Numbered from the stretch's first letter, positions 1 to 9,287 are shown. The stretch is 64,000 nucleotides of DNA from Chloroflexota bacterium (GCA_022561385.1 JADFRG010000003.1:66049-130048); one strand, 5' to 3'. Numbers and translations are program-made. Notes: generated by a model from the sequence alone, not told the origin.

Positions 1-493
1 CCTCTTCAAAAGGTTCGGCCGGGACGCCCATTACAACCGAGCCAAACATCTGGACCAGTCGGCGGTAGGCGTCCTGTACAAAACGCTCGTCCTGGGTCTG
101 CTCGGTCAATTTATCCGCAGTTCCGTCGTTTAGACCGATGTTGAGTACGGTGTCCATCATTCCCGGCATGGAAAACTTGGCGCCGGAACGGCAGGAGACA
201 AGCAGTGGATCCGCCGGGTCGCCGAATTTTCTCCCGGTTGCTTTTTCAGTGGCCGCCATGGCCACCAGGACCTGATCCCACATCTCGTCCGGAAACGTAT
301 TGTCTTGCGCAAGATAGGCGTTGCAGGCCTCGGTCGTGACAACAAAACCCGGCGGGACCGGAATTTGCAATCGAGTCATATCGGCCAGATTGGCTCCTTT
401 GCCGCCCAGGAGGCCTCGCACACCCTCCCAATCTCCGGCCGCCTGCTCGGCCATCTCGACTTCCTCGAATCGATAAACCCATTGGTTTGCCAT
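1..493 (-). CDS. ppdK: pyruvate, phosphate dikinase, N-terminal part (gene runs off left edge)
   Basis: Own translation from ATG at 493..491: MANQWVYRFEEVEMAEQAAGDWEGVRGLLGGKGANLADMTRLQIPVPPGFVVTTEACNAYL...SCRSGAKFSMPGMMDTVLNIGLND. The LLGGKGANL, PVPPGF and SMPGMMDT motifs are typical of the PPDK N-terminus. Absent from the ORF track because there is no stop inside the window. Confidence 0.85.
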   Translation of the reverse strand, partial: MANQWVYRFEEVEMAEQAAGDWEGVRGLLGGKGANLADMTRLQIPVPPGFVVTTEACNAYLAQDNTFPDEMWDQVLVAMAATEKATGRKFGDPADPLLVSCRSGAKFSMPGMMDTVLNIGLNDGTADKLTEQTQDERFVQDAYRRLVQMFGSVVMGVPAEPFEE

Positions 494-586
494 ATTCACT
501 TCATCCTATCTTGAGACACGGTAAGGACGCGTGTCTGAATCGCACAATATTACAACGAAAGCACTAAGGCGTGAACGGAGGAACGT

Positions 587-795
587 GTGGTGTCCGCTCG
601 CGTCGGTCCGGCAACCGCTTATTCGAGTGTGGTGGGTACTATGAGCGCGGTGTTGGCCCGTGTTTGTCCGGTGAGCGCAGGTCCGACCGTGGTGAGTCTA
701 GCCGGATTGGCGTCCAGCCCGCGTTTGTCTGGCAAGCGCGTGGTCCGGCCGTGGTGGGTCTGGCTGGCCTCGGTCGGGCCCGCGTGGGTCCGGTT
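587..795. repeat. degenerate tandem repeat, about 60-62 bp unit, 3-4 copies, in the intergenic region upstream of ppdK
   Basis: GTGGTG anchors at 587, 629, 689 and 751. Units share GTGGTG.GT....GCCCG.GTTTGTC.GG..AGCGC..GGTCCG.CC. Confidence 0.45.
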
Positions 796-1171
796 AACTT
801 TCGATCGGAAGGCCGATCTGGATCTCGTTACCCTCGATCCGGACCGGGTAGGCGGGGATATCCACGATGGCGGGGAGGGTCAGCACGCGACCATTGCGGA
901 TATCAAACTTGGCCCCATGTCGAGGGCAAGCGATTTCATACTCGTCGACCTCGCCCTCTGCGACAGGGCCGTCGTCGTGCGAGCATACGTCCGCGATCGC
1001 GTAATAGAGACCCGCGATGTTGAATACCGCGATCGGCTCGTCGTCGATGTCGACGATCAATCTCTCTCCGTCGCCCAGTTCGCCTACCTCCGCGACCGTG
1101 ACATATTCTAGATTTTCGGCGTCAACTTCTATGTAGTTATACATGTCGGTGTGCCCCATGCTGGTGCCCAT
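794..1171 (-). CDS. Rieske [2Fe-2S] ferredoxin-type protein, last gene of the suf operon
   Basis: CSH-x16-CPRH Rieske motif (CSHDDGPVAEGEVDEYEIACPRHG). Alternative start at ATG 1144 (MYNYIEV). Confidence 0.8.
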   Translation of the reverse strand: MGTSMGHTDMYNYIEVDAENLEYVTVAEVGELGDGERLIVDIDDEPIAVFNIAGLYYAIADVCSHDDGPVAEGEVDEYEIACPRHGAKFDIRNGRVLTLPAIVDIPAYPVRIEGNEIQIGLPIES

Positions 1172-1172
1172 G

Positions 1173-1197
1173 CTAGGGCCCTAAGATCGGGCCCTAG
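1173..1197. other. perfect 9-bp inverted repeat hairpin between sufU and the Rieske gene
   Basis: CTAGGGCCC-taagatc-GGGCCCTAG, immediately upstream of the first in-frame ATG of the Rieske ORF. Confidence 0.5.
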
Positions 1198-1251
1198 TAA
1201 AAACCGCCGGCGCTCACCGACGGAATAGGTTCAACTGTCGCGGCATGAGGG

Positions 1252-1650
1252 TTAGAGCGAGGCCAGCTCCTCCTCAAGCTCGTCCAGACCGTACACCCCG
1301 GCCTTGAGCACCTTAAGCGAGAGCAGCGCACACTTCATACGCACCGGGCCCAAATCGATTCCAAGCATTTCGATCAACTCGTCCTTGGTGTACGACTTTA
1401 CCTCCTCGAGCGACATGCCTACGACCCGCTCGGTTAGCAAATCGGCCGCGGCCTGAGATATGGCGCAGCCATCTCCCGAAAAAGCGGCCTCATTAATACG
1501 CCCTTCATCGTCCACTCGCAAATCGATGCGAATGCGATCTCCACACAGCGGGTTGTCGTCCTCATAGGTGTAATCATGAGGATCCAGACGGCCCCGCATT
1601 TGGGGATTCTTGTATCGATCAATGATTTGTTCGCGGTATAGATCGTCCAC
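1252..1650 (-). CDS. sufU: SufU/IscU-type Fe-S cluster assembly scaffold / sulfur acceptor
   Basis: NPLCGD, GDGCAISQA and KCALL motifs. 4 nt downstream of sufS. Confidence 0.85.
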   Translation of the reverse strand: MDDLYREQIIDRYKNPQMRGRLDPHDYTYEDDNPLCGDRIRIDLRVDDEGRINEAAFSGDGCAISQAAADLLTERVVGMSLEEVKSYTKDELIEMLGIDLGPVRMKCALLSLKVLKAGVYGLDELEEELASL

Positions 1651-1653
1651 TGG

Positions 1654-2901
1654 CTAGGCGAAAACCTTCTTGACATCGTACAGCCCCTCAATCAGGCTGT
1701 CGATTTCGTCAGACGTATTGTACAGATAAAAGGAGGCACGCGTGGTTGCCGGCAATCCAAGTTTTTCGTGGAGTGGCATCGCACAGTGATGGCCCGCGCG
1801 AACCGCAACCCCTCGCCGATCCAGGATTTCGGCTATGTCGTGCGGGTGGGCATCCGAGAGGGTAAAGGCGGCCACGGCGCCTTTATGTTCTGCTGCAGGC
1901 CCATAGATGCGGACTCCCGGGACTTCTTCCAATTGATCCAATGCGCGCTCGATCATCTCCTGCTCGTGCTGCCGGATCGCCGGCATGCCCAGATTTGATA
2001 TGTAATCGACCGCGGCACCGAAGCCCACCGCCTGCGCGATCGGTGGCGTCCCGGCCTCGAACTTGCTGGGCAGCTCCGTCACGGTAAACGAGTCGAACTG
2101 CACACGTTTGATCATCTCACCGCCGCCCATGAACGGTGGCATCTCTTCCAGCAGCTCCCGCCGCCCGTAAAGCGCCCCGATGCCGGTGGGACCGCACATC
2201 TTATGGGCCGAGAAGACCAGGAAATCGACGTCTAACTCGGCGACGTTCACGGCCATATGCGGCACCGATTGTGCGCCATCTACAAGCACAACCGCGCCCG
2301 CGCCATGCGCCATTTCCGTCATCCGTGCCACCGGATTGATCGTCCCAAGCACGTTCGACATCTGCGTAAAACCCACCAGTTTTGGCCCCTGCTCGAGCAT
2401 TTGGCCGTACCGCTCGAGGTCGATGCGGTGATCTTCGGTCATCGGAGCGTAATCTATCGTAAAGCCAAGTTCGGCGGCCAGCATCTGCCAGGGGACGATG
2501 TTGGAATGGTGCTCCATCTGCGTGAGCAGCACCCGATCTCCGTCCTGGAGATTCGCGCGGCCCCAGCTGTGGGCAACCAAATTGATGGCTTCGGTCGCAT
2601 TCCGAGTAAATATGAGTTGCCGCGGCGACTCCGCGCCCACAAACCGCGCCACTTTCTCCCGCGCCGACTCAAAGGCCGCCGTAGCTTCCTCCGCCAGGGT
2701 ATGGATCCCGCGGTGGACATTCGCGTACTCCGTTTCGTAGAAACGCGACATGGCGTGGATCACCTGGGACGGCTTCTGGGAGCTGGCCGCTGAATCAAGG
2801 TAGACCAGCGGGACCCCCTCCTTGATTTCGCGCCCCAAGATCGGGAAATCCTTTCGAATGGCGCCGACGTCCAGCGTGTTATTGGTTTGAGGGGTTGCCA
2901 C
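1654..2901 (-). CDS. sufS: cysteine desulfurase, SufS type
   Basis: 415 aa. PLP-lysine context FSAHKMCGPTGIG and active-site RAGHHCA. Lies in the suf operon. Confidence 0.9.
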   Translation of the reverse strand: MATPQTNNTLDVGAIRKDFPILGREIKEGVPLVYLDSAASSQKPSQVIHAMSRFYETEYANVHRGIHTLAEEATAAFESAREKVARFVGAESPRQLIFTRNATEAINLVAHSWGRANLQDGDRVLLTQMEHHSNIVPWQMLAAELGFTIDYAPMTEDHRIDLERYGQMLEQGPKLVGFTQMSNVLGTINPVARMTEMAHGAGAVVLVDGAQSVPHMAVNVAELDVDFLVFSAHKMCGPTGIGALYGRRELLEEMPPFMGGGEMIKRVQFDSFTVTELPSKFEAGTPPIAQAVGFGAAVDYISNLGMPAIRQHEQEMIERALDQLEEVPGVRIYGPAAEHKGAVAAFTLSDAHPHDIAEILDRRGVAVRAGHHCAMPLHEKLGLPATTRASFYLYNTSDEIDSLIEGLYDVKKVFA

Positions 2902-2951
2902 TTCAGTGAAGCCTCTAGAATCTCTCGTTTGAGGACCGAGATCTGGACTGG

Positions 2952-3251
2952 TTATTTGCTCTTCATGCGCTTCGCGCCCTTCGCGACTCGACGCTTCTTT
3001 GATTTCTGGATCTTATCGCTGTCCTGTCGGGTCCACAGCACCCGATCGGGCACCATCCAGCCATCGGTCAGGTAAACGTCCTGATTGAACTGGACCGCCA
3101 CCATTTTATAATCCGCCTGAACCACGACCCCCTGGAGCCAATCGTTGACGCGCTGCTCGCCCTGCATATGATCGCATAAGATCTCAACCAGGTCTCCGAC
3201 GTCATATTTTCGAGGTTCTACGGTTGTGGCGGCTGTGTTTTCTGATGCCAT
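2952..3251 (-). CDS. hypothetical 99-aa protein with Lys/Arg-rich C-terminal tail, embedded in the suf operon
   Basis: ORF lies between sufD and sufS on the same strand. Tail is KIQKSKKRRVAKGAKRMKSK. No family recognised. Confidence 0.55.
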   Translation of the reverse strand: MASENTAATTVEPRKYDVGDLVEILCDHMQGEQRVNDWLQGVVVQADYKMVAVQFNQDVYLTDGWMVPDRVLWTRQDSDKIQKSKKRRVAKGAKRMKSK

Positions 3252-3287
3252 TAGGCCCTTATCCTCTACGGTTCGTCTCGTAACCTA

Positions 3288-4622
3288 TTAGACGCGAGGG
3301 CCGAGCTTCTTGTCAATCATTTTCTCGAATTGACTTCGGACGCTCTCGAGCGAAATGCGCTTCATGACTTCCGCGAAAAAGCCCTCCACCAGCAGGCGTT
3401 CGGCCTGTTCGCGCACCATTCCACGCGACATTAGATAAAAGATCGGTTCTTCTTCGAGCTGACTGACGGTGGCCCCATGCGTACAGCGGACGTCGTCCGC
3501 CAGAATTTCAAGCCCTGGAATGGAATCGGCTCGTGCCTGCTTGCTGAGTATCAGATTACGGTTGGCCTGATATCCATCCGTACGCTGGGCGTCAGGTGCG
3601 ACATAAATCATGCCCTGCCATACCGACCGGCTTCGATCGACCAACGCTCCTTTGAACAACAGGTCACTGGACGTGTTCGGAGCCAGGTGGTTCTGCTGCG
3701 TATCGTGATCCAGATGCTGAGTGCCATCCGCAAAGTAGAACCCGGTCCAGCGGCCCTGGGCACCCCGCCCGTCCAACGATAGTTCTGAGAAGTTTTTTGT
3801 GAGGTGGCTGCCCACCGCGCCAAAGATCCAATCTATCTGCCCGTCACGTCCTACGCGGGCCCGCTCATGGGTGAAATTCCATACATGATCGCCCCAGTCC
3901 TGGACCTCCACAAATGTGAGATGAGCGCCCTGGCTGACAATAACTTCCACGATTCCGGCGTGTAACGACGCTTGCTCGCCCCCGGGGGAGGCCATTTCAT
4001 GCACCACCGTGGCGGAGGCGCCCTCATCGACCACAATCAATACCCGGCTGAAGACCGCCAGCTCGCTGCCCGGCGCCCAGAGGGTGGAATATAGCGGCAC
4101 TTCGAGCTGCACACCGGCGGGTATGTACACCAGCACGCCATCCGTGGCCAATGCCGCAGCCAGCGCGGAAAACTTGCCCTCATCGTCAGGAACCACCGAG
4201 CCAAGATACTTCCGCAGGAGCTCCGAATGTTCCCCTATTGCCGTCCCCCAATCGGCGAATACCACTCGCTCATCCGTGATTTGGTCTAGATTGTCCAGTT
4301 TGGGATCGTGGCCGGGGCGCAACAGAAGCGACGGTCCGGGTCTGGACAACCCTGGATCCACGCGCCCATTGTCGCTAGGTTTGGCCGCGAAGCGATCGGC
4401 CGGCATACTGCGTAGATCTGTCCGCCTCCAGGGCTCGTCTTTAACCGTCGGTACGGGGAGCGATTCCCAGGCCTTCCAGGCCTCCACGCGCCGCTCCCTC
4501 AGCCATTTCGGCTCATTGAGCCGCTCGGAAGCCTGGGCCACCTGTTCATCAGAAAATTGAAACTCGGCCGCGGTCGACCGCCGAACGATTCTCTTGCGTT
4601 TCACTTTTGGTTCACTACTCAT
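3288..4622 (-). CDS. sufD: Fe-S cluster assembly protein SufD
   Basis: 444 aa, SufB/SufD family C-terminal beta-helix region (RCTHGATVSQLEEEPIFYLMSRG). Position after sufB. Confidence 0.85.
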   Translation of the reverse strand: MSSEPKVKRKRIVRRSTAAEFQFSDEQVAQASERLNEPKWLRERRVEAWKAWESLPVPTVKDEPWRRTDLRSMPADRFAAKPSDNGRVDPGLSRPGPSLLLRPGHDPKLDNLDQITDERVVFADWGTAIGEHSELLRKYLGSVVPDDEGKFSALAAALATDGVLVYIPAGVQLEVPLYSTLWAPGSELAVFSRVLIVVDEGASATVVHEMASPGGEQASLHAGIVEVIVSQGAHLTFVEVQDWGDHVWNFTHERARVGRDGQIDWIFGAVGSHLTKNFSELSLDGRGAQGRWTGFYFADGTQHLDHDTQQNHLAPNTSSDLLFKGALVDRSRSVWQGMIYVAPDAQRTDGYQANRNLILSKQARADSIPGLEILADDVRCTHGATVSQLEEEPIFYLMSRGMVREQAERLLVEGFFAEVMKRISLESVRSQFEKMIDKKLGPRV

Positions 4623-4717
4623 ATCTCAGTTCCATGCGAAGAGCCGGCTTCCGCCGGCCCCAGGTGAATCTGCAGTCAGGCATCTGACTAAACATTCGGG
4701 CCCGGACTTCGAAGGTG

Positions 4718-6130
4718 TTAACCGATGGAGCCTTCCATCTGCAGTTGGATCAAACGGTTCATCTCCACCGCATATTCCATGGGCAACTCGCGCACCAAAG
4801 GTTCAATGAAGCCTGAGACCACCATGGTGATCGCTTCCTCTTCCGATAAGCCACGGCTCTTCAAATAGAAAAGCTGCTCCTCGCCGATCTTGCTGACCGA
4901 GGCCTCGTGTCCGACGCTGACATCGCTTTCGTCAATTTCAATGGACGGATAGGTGTCGGAGCGGGACTCATCATCCAGCAGCAGCGCATCGCAAACGACA
5001 TTGGAGCGCGATCCTACGGCGTTTTTGTGGATCTTAAGCAAACCCCGGTAGGAAGCGCGCCCACCATCCTTGCTGATTGACTTCGACGTGATACGGCTGG
5101 TCGTCCTAGGCGCTACATGGATGACCTTGCCGCCTGTATCCTGATGCTGACCCTTGCCCGCGAATGCCATAGACAAGATCCCGCCGTAGGCTCCCTCGCC
5201 CACCAGGTAGCAGGAGGGGTACTTCATTGTCAGCTGGCTGCCCAGGTTGGCGTCCACCCATTCGTGTTTGGCGTTTTCGTGAACAATCGCCCGCTGGGTG
5301 ACTAAGTTGTAAACGTTAACCGACCAGTTCTGGATGGTTGTGTAGCGCGAGCGGGCGTTCTTTTTGACCACGATCTCAATGACGCCACTGTGAAAAGAAT
5401 CAGTGGTGTAGATCGGGGCCGTGCACCCTTCTACGTAGTGAACCTCGGCGCCCTCTTCGATGATGATCAGCGTGCGCTCGAACTGGCCGAGATTGGCCGT
5501 GTTCATGCGGAAGTAAGCCTGCAGTGGAAGCTCCACCTTTATGCCGGCAGGTATATAAACGAACGATCCGCCGGACCAGACCGCGCCATTCAACGCCGCG
5601 AACTTGTTGTCCGTGTGGGGAATGACGGTCCCAAAATATTCCCGGAAGAGATCCTCGTGATTCTTCAGTCCATCCTCGATGCTGACGAAGATAACCCCCA
5701 GCTCATCCAGGTGCTTCTGGATGCTGTGGTACACCATTTCCGATTCGTATTGCGCCCCGACGCCTGCCAGGAACTTCTGCTCCGCCTCCGGGATGCCAAG
5801 CTTTTCGAAGGTGGCCTTGATCGTGTCATCCACGTCGTCCCAGGATTTGCTCTCGGAATCCGTAGGTTTGACGTAGTAGTAGATGTTGTCGAGATCCATA
5901 CGGCTGAGGTCCCCGCCCCATGTCGGCATGGGCCGCTCAAAGAAGTGATCCAGCGCCTTCAATCGGAACTCCAGCATCCATTCCGGCTCTTCCTTCATGG
6001 CCGATATCTGTCGCACGACCTCCTTATCGAGCCCTTTGCGGGTCTTAAACACAGATACGTCGGGATCGCTGAACCCGTATTTGTACGTGTCCATCCCGTC
6101 TAGCTGTTTGAGATCTGCGGGTGTGGCCAT
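4718..6130 (-). CDS. sufB: Fe-S cluster assembly protein SufB
   Basis: 470 aa, highly conserved SufB sequence ([28 protein letters not shown]). Confidence 0.95.
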   Translation of the reverse strand: MATPADLKQLDGMDTYKYGFSDPDVSVFKTRKGLDKEVVRQISAMKEEPEWMLEFRLKALDHFFERPMPTWGGDLSRMDLDNIYYYVKPTDSESKSWDDVDDTIKATFEKLGIPEAEQKFLAGVGAQYESEMVYHSIQKHLDELGVIFVSIEDGLKNHEDLFREYFGTVIPHTDNKFAALNGAVWSGGSFVYIPAGIKVELPLQAYFRMNTANLGQFERTLIIIEEGAEVHYVEGCTAPIYTTDSFHSGVIEIVVKKNARSRYTTIQNWSVNVYNLVTQRAIVHENAKHEWVDANLGSQLTMKYPSCYLVGEGAYGGILSMAFAGKGQHQDTGGKVIHVAPRTTSRITSKSISKDGGRASYRGLLKIHKNAVGSRSNVVCDALLLDDESRSDTYPSIEIDESDVSVGHEASVSKIGEEQLFYLKSRGLSEEEAITMVVSGFIEPLVRELPMEYAVEMNRLIQLQMEGSIG

Positions 6131-6132
6131 GT

Positions 6133-6891
6133 CTAAACCTCCATTATCTTTTCGTACCCTACTTCTTCCAGATGTTTTGCGAGATCCGGCCCGCCGGATT
6201 TGTGGATCCGGCCGGCAAGGAGAATGTGGACGAAATCGGGCTTGATGTAGTTCAGGATACGCTGATAGTGAGTAATAATGAGGATTCCAAGGTCTTCGCC
6301 GACGAGTGCGCTGATTCCCTTCGCCACGATGCGCACCGCGTCGATATCCAGTCCGGAATCCGTCTCGTCCAGGATGGCAATTTCGGGCTCCAAAGTAGCG
6401 AGCTGCAGGATCTCGGCCCGCTTCTTTTCCCCTCCGGAAAATCCGTCGTTCAGAAATCGTCCGGCGAACTCGTGCGGGATTTTTAGCAAATCCATCTTGC
6501 CCTTGAGCATCTCCCGAAACTCAGGTACCGGGATCTTGTTAGCATTTCCATTCTCGCCCGTGCGGCGGGCGTTGATCGCCATACGAAGGAAATTGGCTAC
6601 TGAAACCCCCGGGATCGCCACCGGATACTGAAAAGCCAGAAACAGACCCATGCGGGACCGCTCGTCAGGCGACCGTCCCAGGATGCTCTCGCCTTTGAAG
6701 ATCACCTCGCCCTCGGTCACTTCATAGGCGGGGTGACCCATCAAGATATTCGCCAGGGTCGATTTTCCGGCCCCATTGGGGCCCATCAAGGCGTGGATCT
6801 CACCCTGTTTAACCGTAAGATTTACACCCTTGAGAATTTCCTTGCCCTCGATTGAGGCATGTAGATTCTTGATTTCTAGCGTGACAGAAAT
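6133..6891 (-). CDS. sufC: Fe-S cluster assembly ATPase SufC, probably with a non-canonical ATT start
   Basis: Walker [10 protein letters not shown], signature FSGGEKKR, Walker [11 protein letters not shown]. The conserved N-terminus (I)[34 protein letters not shown] lies upstream of the track ATG (6789). In-frame stop at 6906..6904, no ATG/GTG/TTG in between. AAGGAG at 6904..6899 plus a 7-nt spacer leads to ATT at 6891. Confidence 0.9.
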   Translation of the reverse strand: MSVTLEIKNLHASIEGKEILKGVNLTVKQGEIHALMGPNGAGKSTLANILMGHPAYEVTEGEVIFKGESILGRSPDERSRMGLFLAFQYPVAIPGVSVANFLRMAINARRTGENGNANKIPVPEFREMLKGKMDLLKIPHEFAGRFLNDGFSGGEKKRAEILQLATLEPEIAILDETDSGLDIDAVRIVAKGISALVGEDLGILIITHYQRILNYIKPDFVHILLAGRIHKSGGPDLAKHLEEVGYEKIMEV

Positions 6892-7079
6892 TGGATTGCT
6901 CCTTTAAGCACGAACGCGGACGGATTATAGCACGCCGTATAATATTCGTCAATATTCTTTGAAAAATTACCCTCGGGAGAGGTTTACGCCGTAGAATGCT
7001 CGCCGCAGATCGATTTCGACCTTGTTTTCGACCTACTGGCGATATTCCGGACTAATAATTATAGGAAAAATCTGATTTA

Positions 7080-7109
7080 TTGACCTCGGTGCGTATGGGG
7101 TGTTATACT
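7080..7109 (+). promoter_or_regulatory. candidate sigma-70-type promoter of sufR (near-leaderless)
   Basis: TTGACC (7080-7085), 18-nt spacer, TATACT (7104-7109). ATG of sufR at 7119. Confidence 0.35.
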
Positions 7110-7118
7110 CCCCATATC

Positions 7119-7757
7119 ATGGGATCCCCTACACGTGAGGTCATCCTGCGGAGGCTGAAGGAGCAGGCAAAGTGCTCCGTCAACGATCTGGCAGAAGCCG
7201 CCGAGGTTTCGCCCGTGTCCGTGCGCCACCACATTACCGCCTTACTGGCACAAGATTTGGTGGTGTCGGAAGAAGTCAAACACGGCGTGGGTCGGCCCTA
7301 TCACGTGTTTTCTCTGACTGAAAAGGCGTTTGACCTCTATCCCGGGCAATATTTCAAGTTGACCAACCGGTTGCTCGATGAGATCAAAGATCACGTGTCA
7401 GAGGATCTCGTAACCGAGCTGTTCACCGGGGTGGCGAATGCCATGGCGGTCCAGTATGCGTCCCAGCTGGAGGGTCTGTCCCTGGAGGAGCGCCTGCCTC
7501 GCTTAATGGTTATGCTTAGCGAAGAAGGATTTGACGCAGATTATGAGTGGCGAGGGGATGAAGTGATCATCCGCGAACTCGGATGCCCCTATCTTCAGAT
7601 CGGCCGCAAGCACCCCGAGGTCTGCGCAGTGGATACTGGTTTTATCGCCACCGCGCTCGACCTGCCCGCGGAGCGCATCAATTGCCTGTTGGACGGCGAC
7701 ACGCATTGCACCTTCAGCTTGAAGGTGCCAAGCCGCAAGGAGGAACTTCCCGCATGA
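7119..7757 (+). CDS. sufR: SufR-like winged-helix (ArsR/DeoR-type) regulator with C-terminal Cys cluster
   Basis: N-terminal wHTH (SVNDLAEAAEVSPVSVRHHITAL). C-terminal C-x12-C-x19-C-x7-C. Divergent from the suf operon. Confidence 0.75.
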   Translation: MGSPTREVILRRLKEQAKCSVNDLAEAAEVSPVSVRHHITALLAQDLVVSEEVKHGVGRPYHVFSLTEKAFDLYPGQYFKLTNRLLDEIKDHVSEDLVTELFTGVANAMAVQYASQLEGLSLEERLPRLMVMLSEEGFDADYEWRGDEVIIRELGCPYLQIGRKHPEVCAVDTGFIATALDLPAERINCLLDGDTHCTFSLKVPSRKEELPA

Positions 7758-8098
7758 GCGAAGATGAAGCACCGGGTGTGATCTGGGAAGCGGATTCCAC
7801 CGACCCCGAGAAGTCCGAAGAGGTTCGGCAAGCGCTGCGCCAAGTGATGGATCCAGAGATCGGTCTCAGTGTGATCGAGCTGGGGTTGATCCGTGACCTG
7901 ACCATCCAAGAATCCGGACAACACGTTAAGATGATCATGACCACTCCCTTTTGCCCGTACGGACCCGCCCTTCTGGAGTCCGCCCGCGCCAAGGCGGAGG
8001 AGGCCACTGGAGCGACCACCACTATCGAGATGGCGATGGATGCGTGGGATCCGAGCATGATGGAAGACGGCGCGGGCGCCGAGTGGGGATTGTTCTAG
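7754..8098 (+). CDS. DUF59 / SufT-like Fe-S assembly protein
   Basis: ATGA start/stop overlap with sufR. MDPEIGLSVIELGLIRDL...TTPFCPYGP is typical of DUF59 (MIP18 family). Confidence 0.8.
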   Translation: MSEDEAPGVIWEADSTDPEKSEEVRQALRQVMDPEIGLSVIELGLIRDLTIQESGQHVKMIMTTPFCPYGPALLESARAKAEEATGATTTIEMAMDAWDPSMMEDGAGAEWGLF

Positions 8099-8126
8099 GC
8101 GGTCGACCCCAGGCAAGAGAATACGC

Positions 8127-8161
8127 AAAAGGCCGATAGTAAGCTCTCTCGGCCTTTTTTT
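8127..8161 (+). terminator. intrinsic terminator after the DUF59 gene (A-tract upstream, possibly bidirectional)
   Basis: aaaaGGCCGA-12 nt loop-TCGGCCttttttt. Confidence 0.6.
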
Positions 8162-8246
8162 GTGTACCCTGTTCCGCCCCGCGATCCACGCTGGGAAGCG
8201 GAATCTTTTCATTAGTACGGGGTATTGCAGATACGAACTGAGAATT

Positions 8247-8543
8247 TCAGGCGCCGAGCGCCTTGGATTGGTCTCGCCGGCGCTCCATGATGCCGATGAG
8301 CCCCAGCAGGCCCAGCAGGAGGCGGATCGCAAATCCAAGCGCGCTGGCAATAAAAATCACGAGCGAGGCCAAGATGAGTATCAGGATCCAGGGAGAGAAC
8401 ACCTGATCCCCCTTGATTGTCACCAGCCGCCCCCGCAGTTCGCTCACAAATATGGGGCTCGGCTCAACCGGTACGAGCGATTCGGCGAGCAGTTTTTCGA
8501 TCCGCTTGCGATTTAGGCGCTGACGAATTCCACCCATCTGCAT
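8247..8543 (-). CDS. small single-pass membrane protein, putative anti-sigma partner
   Basis: 98 aa with a hydrophobic segment WILILILASLVIFIASALGFAIRLLLGLLGLIG. Starts 4 nt after the ECF sigma stop. Confidence 0.5.
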   Translation of the reverse strand: MQMGGIRQRLNRKRIEKLLAESLVPVEPSPIFVSELRGRLVTIKGDQVFSPWILILILASLVIFIASALGFAIRLLLGLLGLIGIMERRRDQSKALGA

Positions 8544-8549
8544 GTTTTC

Positions 8550-9125
8550 CTAACTCGATCTCCCGTTAACTTCGTCTTCCATGGTCTTGATCTGATCACG
8601 CAGCGAATTGAGGGTTCGATGATACAGACTCTTGATCGCGCCCTCGGTCCGGCCCATGATCTGTCCGATTTCGGCGTTCGGCAACCGCTCGACAAACTTC
8701 AAGATAAGCAGCTGCTGCCGTTCGGGAGGCAGTTTCCTGACCACCTGCAGGAGCATCTGGTTCTGCTCCTCGGCCATAGCCAATGCCTCGGGATGCGTAA
8801 TTGCGGCGGTATCGGGCACATGGTCCTCAAGCGGAACAACCGGGCGGCGGCGGCGGTCGCGATGCCAGTTCGCGACCAGATTGTGCGCGATCCGATATAA
8901 CCACGCCGAATAAGGCACACCCTGGTTCTGGTAGTTTCCCACGTGCCTGAGTGCGCGCTGGAAGACGCGCGCGGTCAGGTCTTCGGCGTCTTGATAATCC
9001 CCGGTGCGATAAAAGATGTAGTTGTATATCCGCGTGACGTGTCGATTGTAGAGTTCACCGAACGCTTCCGGCTCGGTTGCCGCACGGCTAACGAGTTCTA
9101 TCTCATCGCTTTCGCGGAGCGTCAT
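8550..9125 (-). CDS. ECF-type RNA polymerase sigma factor
   Basis: Sigma-70 region 2 (YNYIFYRTGDYQDAEDLTARVF...WLYRIAHNLVANW) and region 4 HTH (LPNAEIGQIMGRTEGAIKSLYHRTL). Confidence 0.85.
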   Translation of the reverse strand: MTLRESDEIELVSRAATEPEAFGELYNRHVTRIYNYIFYRTGDYQDAEDLTARVFQRALRHVGNYQNQGVPYSAWLYRIAHNLVANWHRDRRRRPVVPLEDHVPDTAAITHPEALAMAEEQNQMLLQVVRKLPPERQQLLILKFVERLPNAEIGQIMGRTEGAIKSLYHRTLNSLRDQIKTMEDEVNGRSS

Positions 9126-9287
9126 GGCACCATTCGCCCCGCTCCACCCACTTCTCTAAAACAAACCCCGACTGTCACGACTCGTTACCTTTAAGTCACA
9201 CCCTTTTGGTCCTCCTGCATATGGAGGGGCGCGCAGTATAGCACAGCGGTTATACTGCAAGCGCTTGCCATAGGATGCACTCCGCGC

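Noticed and set aside
571-1111. Two overlapping plus-strand ORFs (150 and 174 aa).
   Set aside because: They read through the degenerate tandem repeat and then run antisense to the Rieske gene. Their composition is dominated by R/G/V/S from the repeat.
5390-6103. 237-aa plus-strand ORF inside sufB. The same question applies to 28801..29850, 29875..30672, 31781..32428, 49352..50008, 62162..62827 and 63209..63580.
   Set aside because: All lie antisense to strongly conserved genes (sufB, argD, argB, UDG, acs, the SBP). None has a recognisable domain. They are GC-rich shadow frames.
9211-9258. Palindromes (CCTCC-tgcatat-GGAGG and GCAGTATA-N10-TATACTGC) upstream of dinG as possible SOS/LexA boxes.
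   Set aside because: No match to the CGAAC-N4-GTTCG or CTGT-N8-ACAG LexA consensus I know. They may simply be promoter (-10 TATACT) plus terminator-like structure.
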